Shown one piece after another: positions 14,223 through 27,012 of a stretch of 64,000 nt of DNA. The notes beneath the pieces are model-generated. The model searched no databases and was not told where the DNA came from. It worked only from the letters and a program-made list of their open reading frames with translations. The DNA is taken from contig CM059425.1 of assembly GCA_030390025.1 (NCBI GenBank), positions 166,038,001-166,102,000 on the forward strand, given 5' to 3'. Made by a program: the position numbers and the translations under genes. Source of the DNA: Squalus acanthias. Lineage: Eukaryota. How positions within the stretch are numbered: the first letter of the stretch is position 1; every line of letters starts with the position of its first letter.

Positions 14223-14456
14223 ACATCCAGCCCAATCCTGTGCTCACCTGACATCCACACATGCTCACTTATAACAAGGGGGCACGGGATAGTATACAAG
14301 AATGAGAAACCTATCCAATTTTTTCCTCCCTAAACTATGGAGCCTTAATATCATCTAGTGGAGATCAGATAACAGCACAGACCAGTGATTGAACAGGGGC
14401 CTATCTGCTCTGTATGACTCACCCAACTCTTAACTAGAGTTTCCTCAAACTTTTAC

Positions 14457-14579
14457 CTGTTCTGAGGTTTCCTGCTTTTTACTTTGTTGTTGGGCTGGTA
14501 GTCAGACTCGCTGTCTCCTGAGGTACTCTTTTCTCGATCATCTTCCTCCTCCTCAGAACCAGACATTTGCCAGTCTTCA
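14457..14579 (-). CDS. CHD1: CHD1 coding exon: (D)[40 protein letters not shown](R)
   Basis: AG at 14581-14580, GTAAAA donor at 14456; 123 bp, phase 2 to 2; EDWQMSG and [11 protein letters not shown] match CHD1. Confidence 0.96.
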
Positions 14580-14679
14580 CTAAAGAGATGAAATAGCATT
14601 ACAAAAGGGAATTCTCATGGTATTACAGTATTGTGAAATGCTGAAGCAGACCTACCTACCCTGATCAGTTTCTGAACAC

Positions 14680-14845
14680 ACATCATTCCTTCATCGTTGC
14701 TGGGTCAATAGCCTACCTATTATTGTGGGAGCACCATCATCACAAGGACTGCAGTGGTTCAAGACCCACGTACCACCTTCTCAGGACTAGGTATGGGCAA
14801 TAAATGTGGCCTTGACAACATCACCCACATCCAGAGAACAAAAAC
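14680..14845 (+). mobile_element. Family A LINE/SINE 3' end fragment
   Basis: cttcatcgttgctgggtcaa...gggcaataaatg...cccacatcc tail shared with 22390-22565. Confidence 0.75.
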
Positions 14846-15169
14846 ACTCAACTTACCAAGATCCAAAATCTATTTAGTTTAGATGTAAAGAGTGCACTTT
14901 TATATTTCTTCATTCCATGACTCAAAGTTTTTAAAAAAATGAAATGTATATGTAAACCTTTTTCCCCCACTCCAAAATATTTTTGTCAACATCCCAAATG
15001 CACATCCACTTTGCAAGGTCCATACAAGTCTGCAACAATTGTAGGGAGAGACATTTTCTTTAACCTCCAGGCAAGTTACTTAGGGAACTGATATTTGGTA
15101 AAATTCCATACCACTTCTGCAATAGTTTAGTTCAGATATTCATTCACCCAAACCTATAAATCAAATCTT

Positions 15170-16330
15170 AAAAGGTTTTAAGACACTGTCTTTGATTGTC
15201 AGTCTCAGAGATCTTAATTTGTTCTGAGTCACATTTGTTAACCAATATGATAGTGAACTTATTGTATTTAACCATGACATTTGAACTAATCCATCTTCAA
15301 TTATTTCATCATTTTTATCTTTTATATATCTAACTTCCTCTCTAATTGTAATTATTGTACTTTGTTATTATTGTGCTCAACAATTTTTGCTATATTTCTC
15401 TCTCATGCCTTTTTTACATTCCTAGTACCTTTTTAACTCCTTTTAACATTTCCTTATCAAAGTTCTTCTTTTTCCCTGTGGGCTTTATATCTTATGCTTT
15501 TCTTCCAAATGTCTATTTTAATTTCTTTGTTTAGCCATTATGAAGATTGCTGGGTTAGCTTGTGATTATTTCTCTTTCGTTTATTTTTTTTGCATGTTTA
15601 ATATAGTTTTAAATGTTTTCCATTTTTCAACTTTTTTCAGGAATGTATCCTTCTTAGTTTCTTTTAGTTTATCCCCTCTATTCCATCAAAATTTGCCTTC
15701 TTGAAATGAAGTATTTTCATCCCAGCCCCTGCTGGCACTCATTGCTAGAGAGTCTTACATTTGATCATTAGAGTTATTGGTCCCCAGAGGTTTCAATACC
15801 TATAGATTGTGGATGCCATCCTGATTGTTTTCAAGTCTAGATGGGAGCCCTCTTTAATAGGGTCCATGACACATTGTGTCAAGAAGCAGTCTTGTGCCAT
15901 CCTTTCCAGCTCAGATTCAATCGCTATACTTCCAATTGGGCATTTCCAATTAATACTTAATTGGTTGAAGTCACCATTATTATATCATTAACAATACACC
16001 CATCTAAACTCAACACACAAGATGCTGTTGTCTTCCTAGATGATCTGTAGTGGACCCCAATTATTCATCCATTCCTTTGCCTTTAAAAATTTTCTCAACA
16101 ATATTGTTTCATATTCTTTCCTTCCTGAAATGTTGTTTCACATCCAGATCACTGTATATCCGATCTATCATTTCTTCATTGTTTAGCAATCTATATCGCT
16201 CTATCAAATTCACTTTCATCTTCTTGCATGAACCATATTTCTACAATCCCTATGACATATTTCCCTTGTGCTACATTGGCTTTCAATTATTTTCAGTATC
16301 GCACCTGGGAAGCCCCAAAGACCCTTGAAC
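15170..16330 (-). mobile_element. Ancient, highly decayed LINE ORF2 remnant
   Basis: GDFN-like codons at about 15964-15975 and an LDL-like stretch near 15840 on the minus strand; AT-rich with no open frame. Confidence 0.45.
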
Positions 16331-16609
16331 TGTCAAGGGCAGGGACATTAATAATGCTGTGACCAGGCCAAACATTTAAGTGCACAACTATCTATCTGGT
16401 CTAGGTGAATGAAGATGATCATTTCCAGAGGGGGAAATTAACAAAAAAATTGAATGGCAGGAGAAGGAATCAGGAAGATACATTCTCACATGGATGTTAA
16501 ACTTGCTTGTGGTACAATCATGGTATGGATCATCAAAGTCTTGTATCTGTAACCACATTAGTAGAATTCTCCTGGGATTGCAATGCTGCTTTGCACCCTC
16601 AATGCGGTA

Positions 16610-17108
16610 TGGCCAGCCTCCCATCTTCCACCCTCCAAAAACTTAAGGTCATCCAAAACTCTGTTGCCCATATCCTAACTCGCACCAAGCCCTGTTCACC
16701 CATCACCCCTGTGCTCACTGACCTATATTGTCTCCCAGTTGAGCAACACCTCACTTTTAAAATTCTCATCCTTGTTTTCAAATCCCTCCATGGCCTCGCC
16801 CCTCCCCATCTCCATAACCTCCTCCATTCCTTTGTTCCTCCAATTCTAGCCTCTTGCACATCCCCGAATTTACTCGCTCCACCATTGGCGGCCATGCCTT
16901 CAGCTGCCGAGGCCCTAAGCTCTGGAATTCGCTCCCTAAACCTCGCCCTCTCTCTACCCTCCTTTAAGATGCTCCTTAAAACCTACCTCTCATCTGCCCT
17001 AATATCTCATGTGGCTTGGTGTCAAATTTTGTTTGGTAACGCTCCTGTGAAGCATCTTGGGACGTTTTACTACATTAAAGGCAGTATATAAATGCAAGCT
17101 GTTGTTGT
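16610..17108 (+). mobile_element. L2-type LINE 3' end
   Basis: IQNSVAHILTRTK...ITPVL...FKILILVFKSLHGLAPP motif; tail ttgggacgttttactacattaaaggc...aaatgcaagctgttgttg. Confidence 0.9.
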
Positions 17109-17169
17109 ATTACCATATGATTTTCTGTTAATGATGTTTTGTACTTTGCTTCAATTTTATTGAAAATTT

Positions 17170-17885
17170 CAATTGACCCAGCATCCACAGCATTTTGGGG
17201 AGCAAGTTTCAGATTTCCACTACTCTGTGGAAAAAGTGCTTCCTGATTTCACTCCTAAATGGCCTTGCTCTCTTGTTCTGGATTCCACCACTAGAGGATA
17301 TAGTTTCTCTGTATCTAACCTATCGAATCCAGTTATCATTTTAAACATCTTAATTAGATCACCCCTCAACCTTCTAAACACAAGGGAATTCAAGCCAAGT
17401 TTATGTAACGCGTCCTTATAATTTAACCTTTTAAACCCGGATATCATTCTGGTGAATTTGTGCTGTACTCCCTCCAAGGCCAAAATATCCTTCCCGAGTT
17501 GCGGTGCCCAAAATTGAACACCGTACTCCAGCTGGGGTCTGACCAAGGTCTGCACAACTGAAGCACAACTTCCTCCCCTTTGTATTCCAGCCCCCTTGAG
17601 ATATAGGCCAACATTCCATTAGCTTTTTTGATTACTTTTTGTACCTGTGCACTAGCTTTTAGTGATTTGCGTACATGGACACAAAGCCCTTTTGCTCCTC
17701 CACAGTTCATAGTCTCACACCATTAACAAAATATTTTGATTTATCTTCCTCAGATCTAAAGTTCATAACCTCGTACTTCCTCACATTGAACTCCATAGTT
17801 TTGTCCACTCACTAATCTGTATGTCCCTTGCAACTTCCTGCTCCCATCCACACAACTTACAGTGCCTCCTAACTTAGTGTCATCT
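17170..17885 (-). mobile_element. CR1 LINE fragment
   Basis: LVRPQLEYGVQFWAP...RRLRGDLI in ORF 17220-17555. Confidence 0.9.
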
Positions 17886-18322
17886 AAGAGAATATTACAG
17901 TTTGGAGGCTATAGTCATGAGGAGCAACTAGAGAAACTGGGGCTCTTTCCAAATGAATCTAGAAGGTTAAGGGGCAATCTGATAGAGGTGTTCAAAACTG
18001 AGGTTTTTTGATAAAGTAAATAGTTAAAAAAATATATATTCACTGATCAGAGCATCAGTGAATAGGGGGCATGAATTTAAAACCACCACAAAAAGGATGA
18101 AGGGAGAGGTTAGGAGAATTTTTTTTTAATGCAGAGGATTGTTAGGACATGGAACACCCTATAGAAACAGTGGTAAAAGGAGAATCCATATATTTAAAAA
18201 AGAAAAATGTAAAAAGTTTTGGGGAAAGGACCGGGGTTGGAACTAAATGGATAACTCTCAAAAAGATGGTGCAGGTGCAATGAGCCAAATGGGCTCCTTC
18301 TGTGCTCTAAAATGCTATGATC
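17886..18322 (+). mobile_element. Decayed CR1 LINE 3' end
   Basis: agaaggttaaggggcaatctgatagaggtg region; tail gctccttctgtgctctaaaatgctatgat. Confidence 0.7.
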
Positions 18323-19182
18323 TGGCTACCCTTTCTAGTCAAAGATTTCTCCTGGAAATCACATGTATTAAAGAGTATTTAGTTATCTTCAAATTGAGAA
18401 ACCTACGTGAAGGGTCAAAGCCATGGTACAGGATACCAAGGTATGAAGAAATTAAGACAGACAAAGCGATGACAAGTTTGGGTTTAAGTGCCTGCTAACT
18501 AAAAGAGAACAAGGCAGAAAGGAAAGGAGGTCCCCTATTTTGAGGTCTTGGGAAACAGAGTTACAACAGTGAAGCTACAACATGGAACCAGCCCAACCAG
18601 TCCGTGTCGGCGTTTATCCACACGAGCAAATGAAAGTGAATCGAAGAAGACTTCTACAATATAAATTTGTACAGTTGGAGCTTACAAGAAATAAGGAAGT
18701 TGCATGGAGTAATGACTACATAGAAGCACTGACAAAACAGAACAAGATAGATTATGATGGGGAGTTTTGTGGGGGGGGGGGGGGGGGGAGGGAGGGAAGA
18801 GATAACGAGAGAGAGGCAGCGAGAGCGCGCACACGACAGAGAGCATGCGCGAGCGAGAGCGAGCATGAGATTAAAGGCCAGAGAGGACAGAAGGATTGCT
18901 TTTCAGATGACATGTATTTAGAGTTTTGAATTTTGGGGAGGAAGGTATTAAGACTTTATTACAATCTATACTGCATTCAAAGTGTCATATGACATCTTAA
19001 ATTATAATGAGCTCCGTTTCTGTTCATCTGCCATTCTACTATAAATCTTATTCAAAATTACTTTCTACATACACTGACTTCAGTAAACTTTCTGCAAATA
19101 TGCTATGCTAAGAACAGATCATCTGTGAAAGATAATAAAAGCCACACTTAACCATAAACAATCAGTAGAAATATAGGCTTAC

Positions 19183-19256
19183 TCTCTGCGTTTCACATGT
19201 CTAGCAGTGTTCTCAGAGGACGAATCGTCATCAGAATCTTCACTGCTTGATGATTC
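19183..19256 (-). CDS. CHD1: CHD1 coding exon: ESSSSEDSDDDSSSENTARHVKRR(D); an alternative NAGNAG acceptor at 19259 adds Q
   Basis: tttcagcag acceptor, GTAAG donor at 19182; 74 or 77 bp, phase 0 to 2. Confidence 0.93.
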
Positions 19257-20281
19257 CTGCTGAAACATAAAACAATGCAAAATAAATCTGCCCTTTAAAT
19301 GTACTGAGCTCAATAGCTACAGTCGTGGAAGTGAATGTTACTTTCGCCAATTTAAATTATACTGCAAAATGACAACACAACCTGGTCTTTTACACAGACT
19401 TTTCAAAGGGGGGGCGGGGGGGGAGAGATTTCATAACCGTCAAGTCCAAGAAACCAATTTTAATGAACAATTAAAGGTTAGACTTTAAACCTACAGTTTA
19501 TGTATTTAACAATTGGACCCACTAGAAAATCATCAACCTCAAATCCAATTTGATGAACCTTTATCCATAACAATTGCTATTCAGTATAGTTCAGTTACTG
19601 TACAGAATCAATTCAATCACACTGCAGAAGTAAATTTTGTTCCTTTTTTCAAATTCCATTATAATTTAACAGCTGCGCCTTAGATCTTGGATATATTATT
19701 TTTTAAAGATAAGGGGCGACAAAAATTACAGAGTACCTGTTCACTGACATTAGAGACATGCAGAGTATGCACTGGGGATACTTCAAAACATTTCAAGATG
19801 AAATCTTAAGCAAGAATTCTCTGTAAAAATGAAGTTGATATTGCTTTGATCTTGAATGTTTGTAAAATTAGGCACCAAAAGTAGATCAGGCTGTTTAGTT
19901 CTCCAAGAAACCTCTGTACAGGCACTGGATAGGTTTCCAGTGGCCTCCATAACCCCCTTCACTGTGCCCGGTATTGAATACTATAATTGTAAACGGTAGG
20001 AGGGCAAGACAGAGACAAAGCAGACCACGAGATGGACTTTGCTTGGAATTTTCATTAAAAAGAAATTAGCTTGGTCCCAGCGGCTAATGATTTTATGTCC
20101 AAATTGAATTGAATGACTATTATTGAAGCAGAATCAATGTGAATTCCCAGGTTTGCTGTATTGCATTGCTACAAACTCATTGCTGTATGAGCTCATGTTG
20201 GTAGCCTTATCAAAGTTCAATAATTGCCTGCTCTAGTGTAATAAAAGCCTCTCAGCTACTAATTTTAATCAAATTTCAAAC

Positions 20282-20386
20282 CTCTGAACCGTTGTTTGAA
20301 GAAAGCTGCTGCTGTAGTTGTTGTTGCTGTTTCCTTATCATGGCAGATCGCTGCACAGCTAAAATACTTGGATTTGATTTCCAAAA
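20282..20386 (-). CDS. CHD1: CHD1 coding exon: [35 protein letters not shown]
   Basis: ttgcag acceptor at 20388-20387, GT donor at 20281; 105 bp, phase 0 to 0; [14 protein letters not shown] is diagnostic of CHD1. Confidence 0.96.
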
Positions 20387-20666
20387 CTGCAACAAGATAG
20401 AGAGAGAGGAGGGATCAAATTTCAAAACTTACAATGGTCATCTAAACCCTTGAAGTGTCGATACTACAGAAAATCTCCCATTGCACACAATCTGGCATGC
20501 TTGCAAAATTTCAGGTCAAGAGTTTTTTTTTTTGCAGCCACCAGGATGTGACTAATTCTGGCCTTACAATTTTACTAGCAATCTAAAAGTTAATGCAAAC
20601 ATTTAAAATTTTCCTGCACCCAATTATTATATATTTTCCACCCAATTGTAGTTTTTTGTCATTCAT

Positions 20667-22572
20667 TGCATCGTGCTAAATGGGATAGATTCAGGACAGA
20701 TCCAGCAGCTCAAAACTGGGCATCCATGAGGCGCTGTGGGCCATTAGCAGCAGAATTGTATTCCACCACAATCTGTAACCTCATGGCCGGCATATCCCTC
20801 ACTCTACCATTACCATCAAGCCAGGGGACCAACCCTGGTTCAATAAGGAGTGTAGAGGAGCATGCCAGGAGCAGCACCAGGTGTACCTGGGGAAGCTGCA
20901 ACACAGGACTACATGCATGCTAAAAAGCGGAAGCAGCATGCTATAGACAGAGCTAAGCGATCCCACAATTATTCACAATTCGATTCACTCCACGTGATAT
21001 CAAGAAACGGCTGAGCACACTGATACAGCAAAGGCTATGGGCCCTGACAACATCCCAGCTATCGTGCTGAAGACTTGTGCTCCAGAACTAGCCACGCCTC
21101 TAGCCAAGCTGTTCCAGTACAGCTACGACACTGGCATCTATCCGACAATGTGGAAAACTGCCCAGGTGTGTCCTGTCCACAAAAAGCAGGACAAATCCAA
21201 TCCGGCCAATTACCGCCCCATCAGTCTACTCTCAATCATCAGCAAAGTGATGGAAGGTGTCATCGACAGTGCTATCAAGCAGCACTTACTCACCAATAAC
21301 CTGCTCACTGATGCTCAGTTTGGGTTCCGCCAAGACCACTCGGCTGCCGGCCTCATTACAGCCTTGGTCCAAACATGGACAAAGGAGCTGAATTCCAGAG
21401 GTGAGGTGAGAGTGACTGCCCTTGACATCAAGGCAGCATTTGACCGAGTGTGGCATCAAGGAGCCCTAGTAAAACTGAAGTCAATGGGAATCAGGGGGAA
21501 AACTCTCTGCTGGCTGGAGTCATACCTAGCACAAAGGAAGATGTTTGTGGTGATTGAAGGTCAATCATCACAGCCCCAGGACATCGCTGCAGGAGTTCCT
21601 CAGGGCAGTGTCCTAGGCCCAACCATCTTCAGCTGCTTCATCAATGACCTTCCCTCCAACATAAGGGCAGAAATGGGGATGTTCACTGATGACTGCACAG
21701 TGTTCAGTGCCATTCACAACTCCTCAGATAATGAAGCAGTCCATGCCTGCATGCAGCAAGACCTGGATGACGTTCAGGCTTGGGCTGATAAGTGGCAGGT
21801 AACATTCGCACCACACAAGTGCCAGGCAATGACTATCTCCAACAAGCGAGTGTCTAAACATCGCCCCTTTACATTCAATGGCATTACCATCACCGAATCT
21901 CCCATCATCAACATCCTGGGGTCACCATTGACCAGAAACTTAACTGGACCAGCCACAAATACTGTGGCAACAAGAGCAGGTCAGAGGCTGGGTATTCTGC
22001 AGCGAGTGTCTCACCTCCTGACTCCCCAAAGTCTTACCATCTACAAAGGCACAAGTAAGGAGTGTGATGGAATACTCTCCACTTGCCTGGATGAGTGCAG
22101 CTCCAACAACACTCAAGAAGCTCAACACCATCCAGGACAAAGCAGCCCGCTTGATTGGCACCCCTTCCACCACCTTAAACATTCACTCCCTCCACCACCA
22201 GTGTACCGCAGCTGCAGTGTGTACCATCTACAAGACGCACTGCAGCAACTCGCCAAGGCTTCTTCGGCAGCACCTCCCAAACCCGCGACCTCTTCCACCT
22301 AGAAGGACAAGGGCAGCAGTAACATGGGAACAACAGCACCTCCAAGTTCCCCTCCAAGTCACACATCATCCTGACTGAGAAGTATATCGCCGATCCTTCA
22401 TCGTCGCTGGGTCAAAATCCTGGAACTCCCTACCTAATAGCACTGTGGGAGTACCTTCACCACACGGACTGCAGAGGTTCAAGAAGGCAGCTCACCATTA
22501 CCTTCTCAAGGGCCATTAGGGATGGGCAATAAATGCTGGCCTTGCCAGCGATGCCCACATCCCATAAAAACA
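20667..22572 (+). mobile_element. Young 5'-truncated CR1-group LINE (family A) with a nearly complete RT domain
   Basis: 421-aa ORF 21037-22302 with [33 protein letters not shown] and FTDD; frameshift near 21920; 3' tail gggatgggcaataaatgctggccttgccagcgatgcccacatccc. Confidence 0.96.
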
Positions 22573-22724
22573 AATTTTTAAAATGCAGAGAACTTTTGTG
22601 TGGAATTCCAAGGACAGATACATCAACTGCAATTTCAAGGACCATTTCTTATCAAAATCGAATCTAGCATTATGTATTTCAGACAAATATGAAGTAGTCA
22701 CACAAACACACTTGTTATATTCAC

Positions 22725-22935
22725 CTCTGCTCCATCAGTTTTTGGAACTTTGCTTTCAACTGGTCTCTTTCCTCTGGATGACGATGCATTACTTTCTGAA
22801 CCGGATGAATCAGAATCAGATTGGCTGCCCGAGTCTGAACCGCTGTCAGAGTCACTGGAGTCATTGCTATCTGATTGGCTGCTGCTTCCATCACTGCTGC
22901 TCCCAGAACTTGAGCCAGATTCCTTGTCCGATTGG
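22725..22935 (-). CDS. CHD1: CHD1 coding exon: QSDKESGSSSGSSSDGSSSQSDSNDSSDSDSGSDSGSQSDSDSSGSESNASSSRGKRPVESKVPKTDGAE (Ser-rich N-terminus)
   Basis: T-run plus AG acceptor at 22937-22936, GTGAAT donor at 22724; 211 bp, phase 2 to 0; SSSGSSSDGSSSQS...DGAE matches CHD1. Confidence 0.96.
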
Positions 22936-23062
22936 CTAAAAAAAAAAATCTGCATTTTACTAATACAAATCAGCCGATACACACAACTTGATCAAATCTT
23001 CTCTGCAATTAAATTTTGCCTAATATTTTTAAATAGATTTCTGCAAACCAGTCTGGAGATAA

Positions 23063-24555
23063 GAACAACTTGCATTCGAATAGCACCTTTAACGTAGTAA
23101 AACATCCCAAGGCGCTTCACAGGAGCGTAATGATACAAAAACTGACAGAGCCAAAGAAGGAGATGCTAGATCAGGTGACCAAAAGCTTGGTCAAAGAGGT
23201 AGGTTTTAAGGAGCATCTTGAAGGAGGAGAGAGGTGGAGAGGCAACGAGGTTTAGGGAGGGAATTCCAGAGATTCGGGACTGGACACCTGAAGGCACGGC
23301 CACCAATGGTAAGTTGGAGGAAGTGGGGGATGCACAAGAGACCAGAGTTCGCGGACAGTTGTAGGTCTTGAGGAAATTACAGAGATAGGGGCAGGGATTT
23401 GAACACGAGGAAGAGAATTTTAAAATCAAGACATTGCTGGACCGGGAGATAATGTAGATCAACTAGCATAGGTGTGATGGGTGAGCAGGACTTGGTGCAA
23501 GTTAGGATATGGGCAGCAGAGTTTTGGATGATCTTAAATTTATGGAGGGTGGAAGATAGGAAGCTGGCCAGGAGGGCTGAGTATGGAGTTTGTGGCAGGG
23601 AGCAAAGACAATGGCTTCAGTCTTCCCAATGTTTAATTCAAGAAAATATCATCTCATCCAGGACTGGATATCAGACAAGCAGATTATCACAGAGGCAGTG
23701 GAGGAGTCGAGATAGAGTTGGAGTAGTCAGCAAACATGTGGAACCTGATGTGTTTTCGAATGAAGTCGCCAAGGGGCAGCAGGAACATGAGAAGGAGTGG
23801 GCCAAAGATAGGTAATTGCACGGGAGCGGGAAGAGAAGCCATTGCAGGAGATTTTCTGGCTACGACTGGATAGATAAGAGTGGAACCAGGCAAGGCAGCT
23901 TCACTCAGCTGGACAACAAAGGAGAGACATTGGAGGAGGATGGTGTGGTCAACTGTGTCAAAGATTGCAGACCGGTAGAAAAGGATGAGGAGGGATAGTG
24001 CACCATGGCTGCAGACACCCAGAATGTAATTTGTGACTTTGATTAGGGCCACTTCAGTGCTGTGGCAGGGGCGGAAACCAGATTGGAGAGGTTCAAACAG
24101 AGCTGCGGGAAAGGTGGGCATGAGTTTGAAAGGCGACAACACTTTCAAGGACTTCGGAGAGAAAAGGAAGGTAGTTTGCAAGATGGGTAGGTTTTTTTTT
24201 TTGAGGATGGGGGTGAAGATGGCAGATTTGAAAGAGAGGGGGACAATACCAGAGGAGAGAGAACAGTTTGCAGTATCAGCCAGCATGGGGGCCAGGAAGG
24301 CAAGTGAGGTGGTCAGCAGTTTAGTGGGAATAGGGTCGAGAGAGCAGGAGGAGGAGCTCGTGGACAAGATGAGCTCGGAGAGGACATGAGGAGAGATAGG
24401 CGAGAAACTAGAGATGCAAGTTCTGGGCTAGGGAAAGGGGGAACCTTGAGGGCAGTTTGGCTTGGTTGGGAATGGGATCGAAGGGTTCTGTCAGAGGTAG
24501 CTGAATGAATGGTCTCAATCTTCGTGATAAAGAAGTCTATGAGCTCCTCGCACTT
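23063..24555 (-). mobile_element. L2-type LINE, 5'-truncated with internal deletions
   Basis: ORF 23687-24367 with SCSLDPIPTKLL, QSGFRPCHSTE and FDTVDH; L2 tail at 23063-23125. Confidence 0.92.
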
Positions 24556-25267
24556 GATGATATCAGGAGACTTTCTTTAGTTTATGGGATCATTATGCAA
24601 ATTAGACAAAGGTAGGACAAACACGCAAGTGGTGTGTTTTTGGGGGAATCTTAGTTGTAAGTAATGAAAAAATATTAACTTGATCCACTGATTATACTGG
24701 TCTGAATGCTTATATTTCCTACAGAAAATGTGACGAACTGTTTTAGCACTTTAAATGTCTTTATACGGGGAGAAATTATTTCTGGAAGATACACCTGAGA
24801 AAGTGGTCACCCCATAGAAAGAAATCGTGAAGCAGAGGGAAGGAAATGGGTGACTGCCTTCAGGGTGAGACGACAGGAGGATTAGTACAGGAAATTCTGT
24901 GGGTCTGCATTAGTCCGATAGGGATATCGTTCTCGTTACCTATGGAGGAGGACACAGATGCAGGCACAACGGAGGGTAAGCATGGTATCATAGAGCAAAG
25001 ACTTACCCAAGGGAGAAAAGGGAGAGACAGTATTACAGAACTGGCACATGCTAGTAATGAGGGATAGACAGCAATGACCTGAAGGCCTAACTGGTGTTTT
25101 GCCTCCCTGTTGCTATTGTATGAGACATAACAGCAGAAAGGATGGAACACTCCTGGATAGAGAGAAATTAGACAGAAGTCATAATTCACATAATAACCAA
25201 TGTCACACATTGACTTGATTATGTCAATGCTTGCTTTGCTAGTCTGCCATTGTCCACACCCCACAAA

Positions 25268-25710
25268 CTCCAATTTGCCCAAAACTCAGTGGTCCATATC
25301 TTGTCCTGCACTTAGACACACTCTCCCATCCTCACAGACCTACACTGGCTCCCCACCGCCAATTTAAAATCTTTATCTTCATCTTTAAAGCTCTCTATGG
25401 CTTTGTAACCCCCCTACCTCCACAACTTTCTCCATCTAACCCCCCTTCCCAGAGCCGGTTTTTCTGCCCACTTCAGCCTCCTGTGCAGCCCATCACCCTT
25501 TCCGTTACCTCAGCCCTACTCTGTGGAACTCCTCCTGGAATTTCTTTGTCTCTCTAGTTCTCGGTTAGTCTTCAAAACTTCCTCAAAATCCACTGTTTAA
25601 AACTAGCCTTCAGTCACTGCCCCAACCTCCTTCCCATGGTTCTTCCTCCCATGATTCCTTTGTAAAATGTCTTGCATGTTAAAGGCACTACAGAAATGCA
25701 AGTTTTTGTT
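25268..25710 (+). mobile_element. Decayed L2-type LINE 3' end
   Basis: Similar to 16610-17108; tail aaaggcactacagaaatgcaagtttttg. Confidence 0.65.
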
Positions 25711-25944
25711 AGAGAATGCATGTCTTGCAGAGGGAGCTTGGAGCATTAGGTTCTAAATTGAAGTGCAAGATTTCAATGATAGCAATATTCCGATTATTTC
25801 CAATGCCACATGCAGAACCAGTCAGGCAAGAATAGATTAGGCATGCCAATGCATGACGAGCAAAATAGTGTAGAAGGGAAAGTTGTATAGATTCCTAGAA
25901 CATTGGAACAAGTTCTGGGATGAGGAAAGCTGAAACCAGTATGC

Positions 25945-26335
25945 ATAGAATTACACAGAATATACAGCACAGAAACAGGCCATTCAGCCCAACTAGTCTG
26001 TACTAACAACAGAAAACGCTGGAAAAACTCAGCAGGCCAGGCAGCATCCGTGGAGAGAGAAAGAGAGTTAACGTTTCAGGTCGATGACCTTTCGTCAGTC
26101 TGTACTGGTGCCTTTCAGCATATCTTTCTATTCCCTTTTCTCTCATGTACTCGTCTAGTTTCCTTTTGAAAGCATCTCTAAGTTATTTGCCTCAACACTT
26201 CCTATGGCAACATGTTCCACATTCTAACCACTGAGTAAACAAATTTATCCTATTTCCCTATTGGATTTATTAATAACTATCCTGTATTTATGTCCCCTAG
26301 TTTTGAATTTGTGCAACCCATTCATAATTCTAAAG
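25945..26335 (-). mobile_element. CR1-tailed element 3' end, split by a Penelope-type insertion
   Basis: acagcacagaaacaggccattcagccc tail homologous to 48560-48710. Confidence 0.65.
26005..26098 (-). mobile_element. Penelope-like element terminal fragment carrying a minimal type I hammerhead motif
   Basis: Exact 10-bp direct repeat AGTCTGTACT at 25995-26004 and 26097-26106; minus strand reads CTGACGA-A-AGGTC-ATC-GACCT-GAAA-C-GTT. Confidence 0.75.
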
Positions 26336-26647
26336 GCTAATGGGACTGATGCCCATGCATGATTTGTTTTAATAAAAATTGCAGGAAACTATCTATCTGT
26401 ATTTTTGATGTTGGTACAGGTAAGCAGTTATCCATTTCAAATATGTGACAATTACTCCAATAAACCTGTTAGTAGAGTGGAAGCTAATCATAACTATTAA
26501 TCTAAGCCTACCAAACTACTTAAGGCTATTTACCTCAGTTTTTCTAGAATACAACCCATCGAAAGTAACCTCACATAATTTATGTATAGGATAGCCACTT
26601 GCCATTACGAAGGTCCAGTAATGTATATGGTTATTAAGAAAATGAAC

Positions 26648-27012
26648 CTTTCACAACCTTATGACATCCCAATGCGCTTCACTGCCAATGAAATACTTTT
26701 GAAGCGTAGTCACTGTTGTAATGTAGGAAACGCAGCAGCCAATTTGCACACAGCAAGGTTCCACAAACAGCAATGAGAGAATGACCAGATAATCTGGTTT
26801 CTTGATGTTGATTGAGGGATAAATATTGGCCAGAACACTGGTAGAAGTGTTCTGCTTTTCTTTAAATAGTGTCATGGGAATTTTTTTTTATTGGTTTAAC
26901 GTCTTACCCAAAAGAGGCACCACCAAAAGTATAGGATTCAAGACTCTGAAGGGGGGGCTTGAACCCACGATCTTCTGACACAGGGACGAAAGTGCTACCA
27001 GAGCCATGGCTG
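26648..27012 (-). mobile_element. Deu-domain tRNA SINE (SacSINE1-like)
   Basis: Deu-like core (ggctgctgcgtttcctacattacaacagtgactacgcttcaaaagta on minus); B-box-like gggttcaagccc near 26955-26967. Confidence 0.75.

Noticed and set aside
3993..22935. Assignment to CHD2 instead of CHD1
   Set aside because: [22 protein letters not shown] and [14 protein letters not shown] are CHD1-type; CHD2 differs at these positions
22750..23097. 115-aa plus-strand ORF
   Set aside because: It is the antisense shadow of the Ser-rich CHD1 exon
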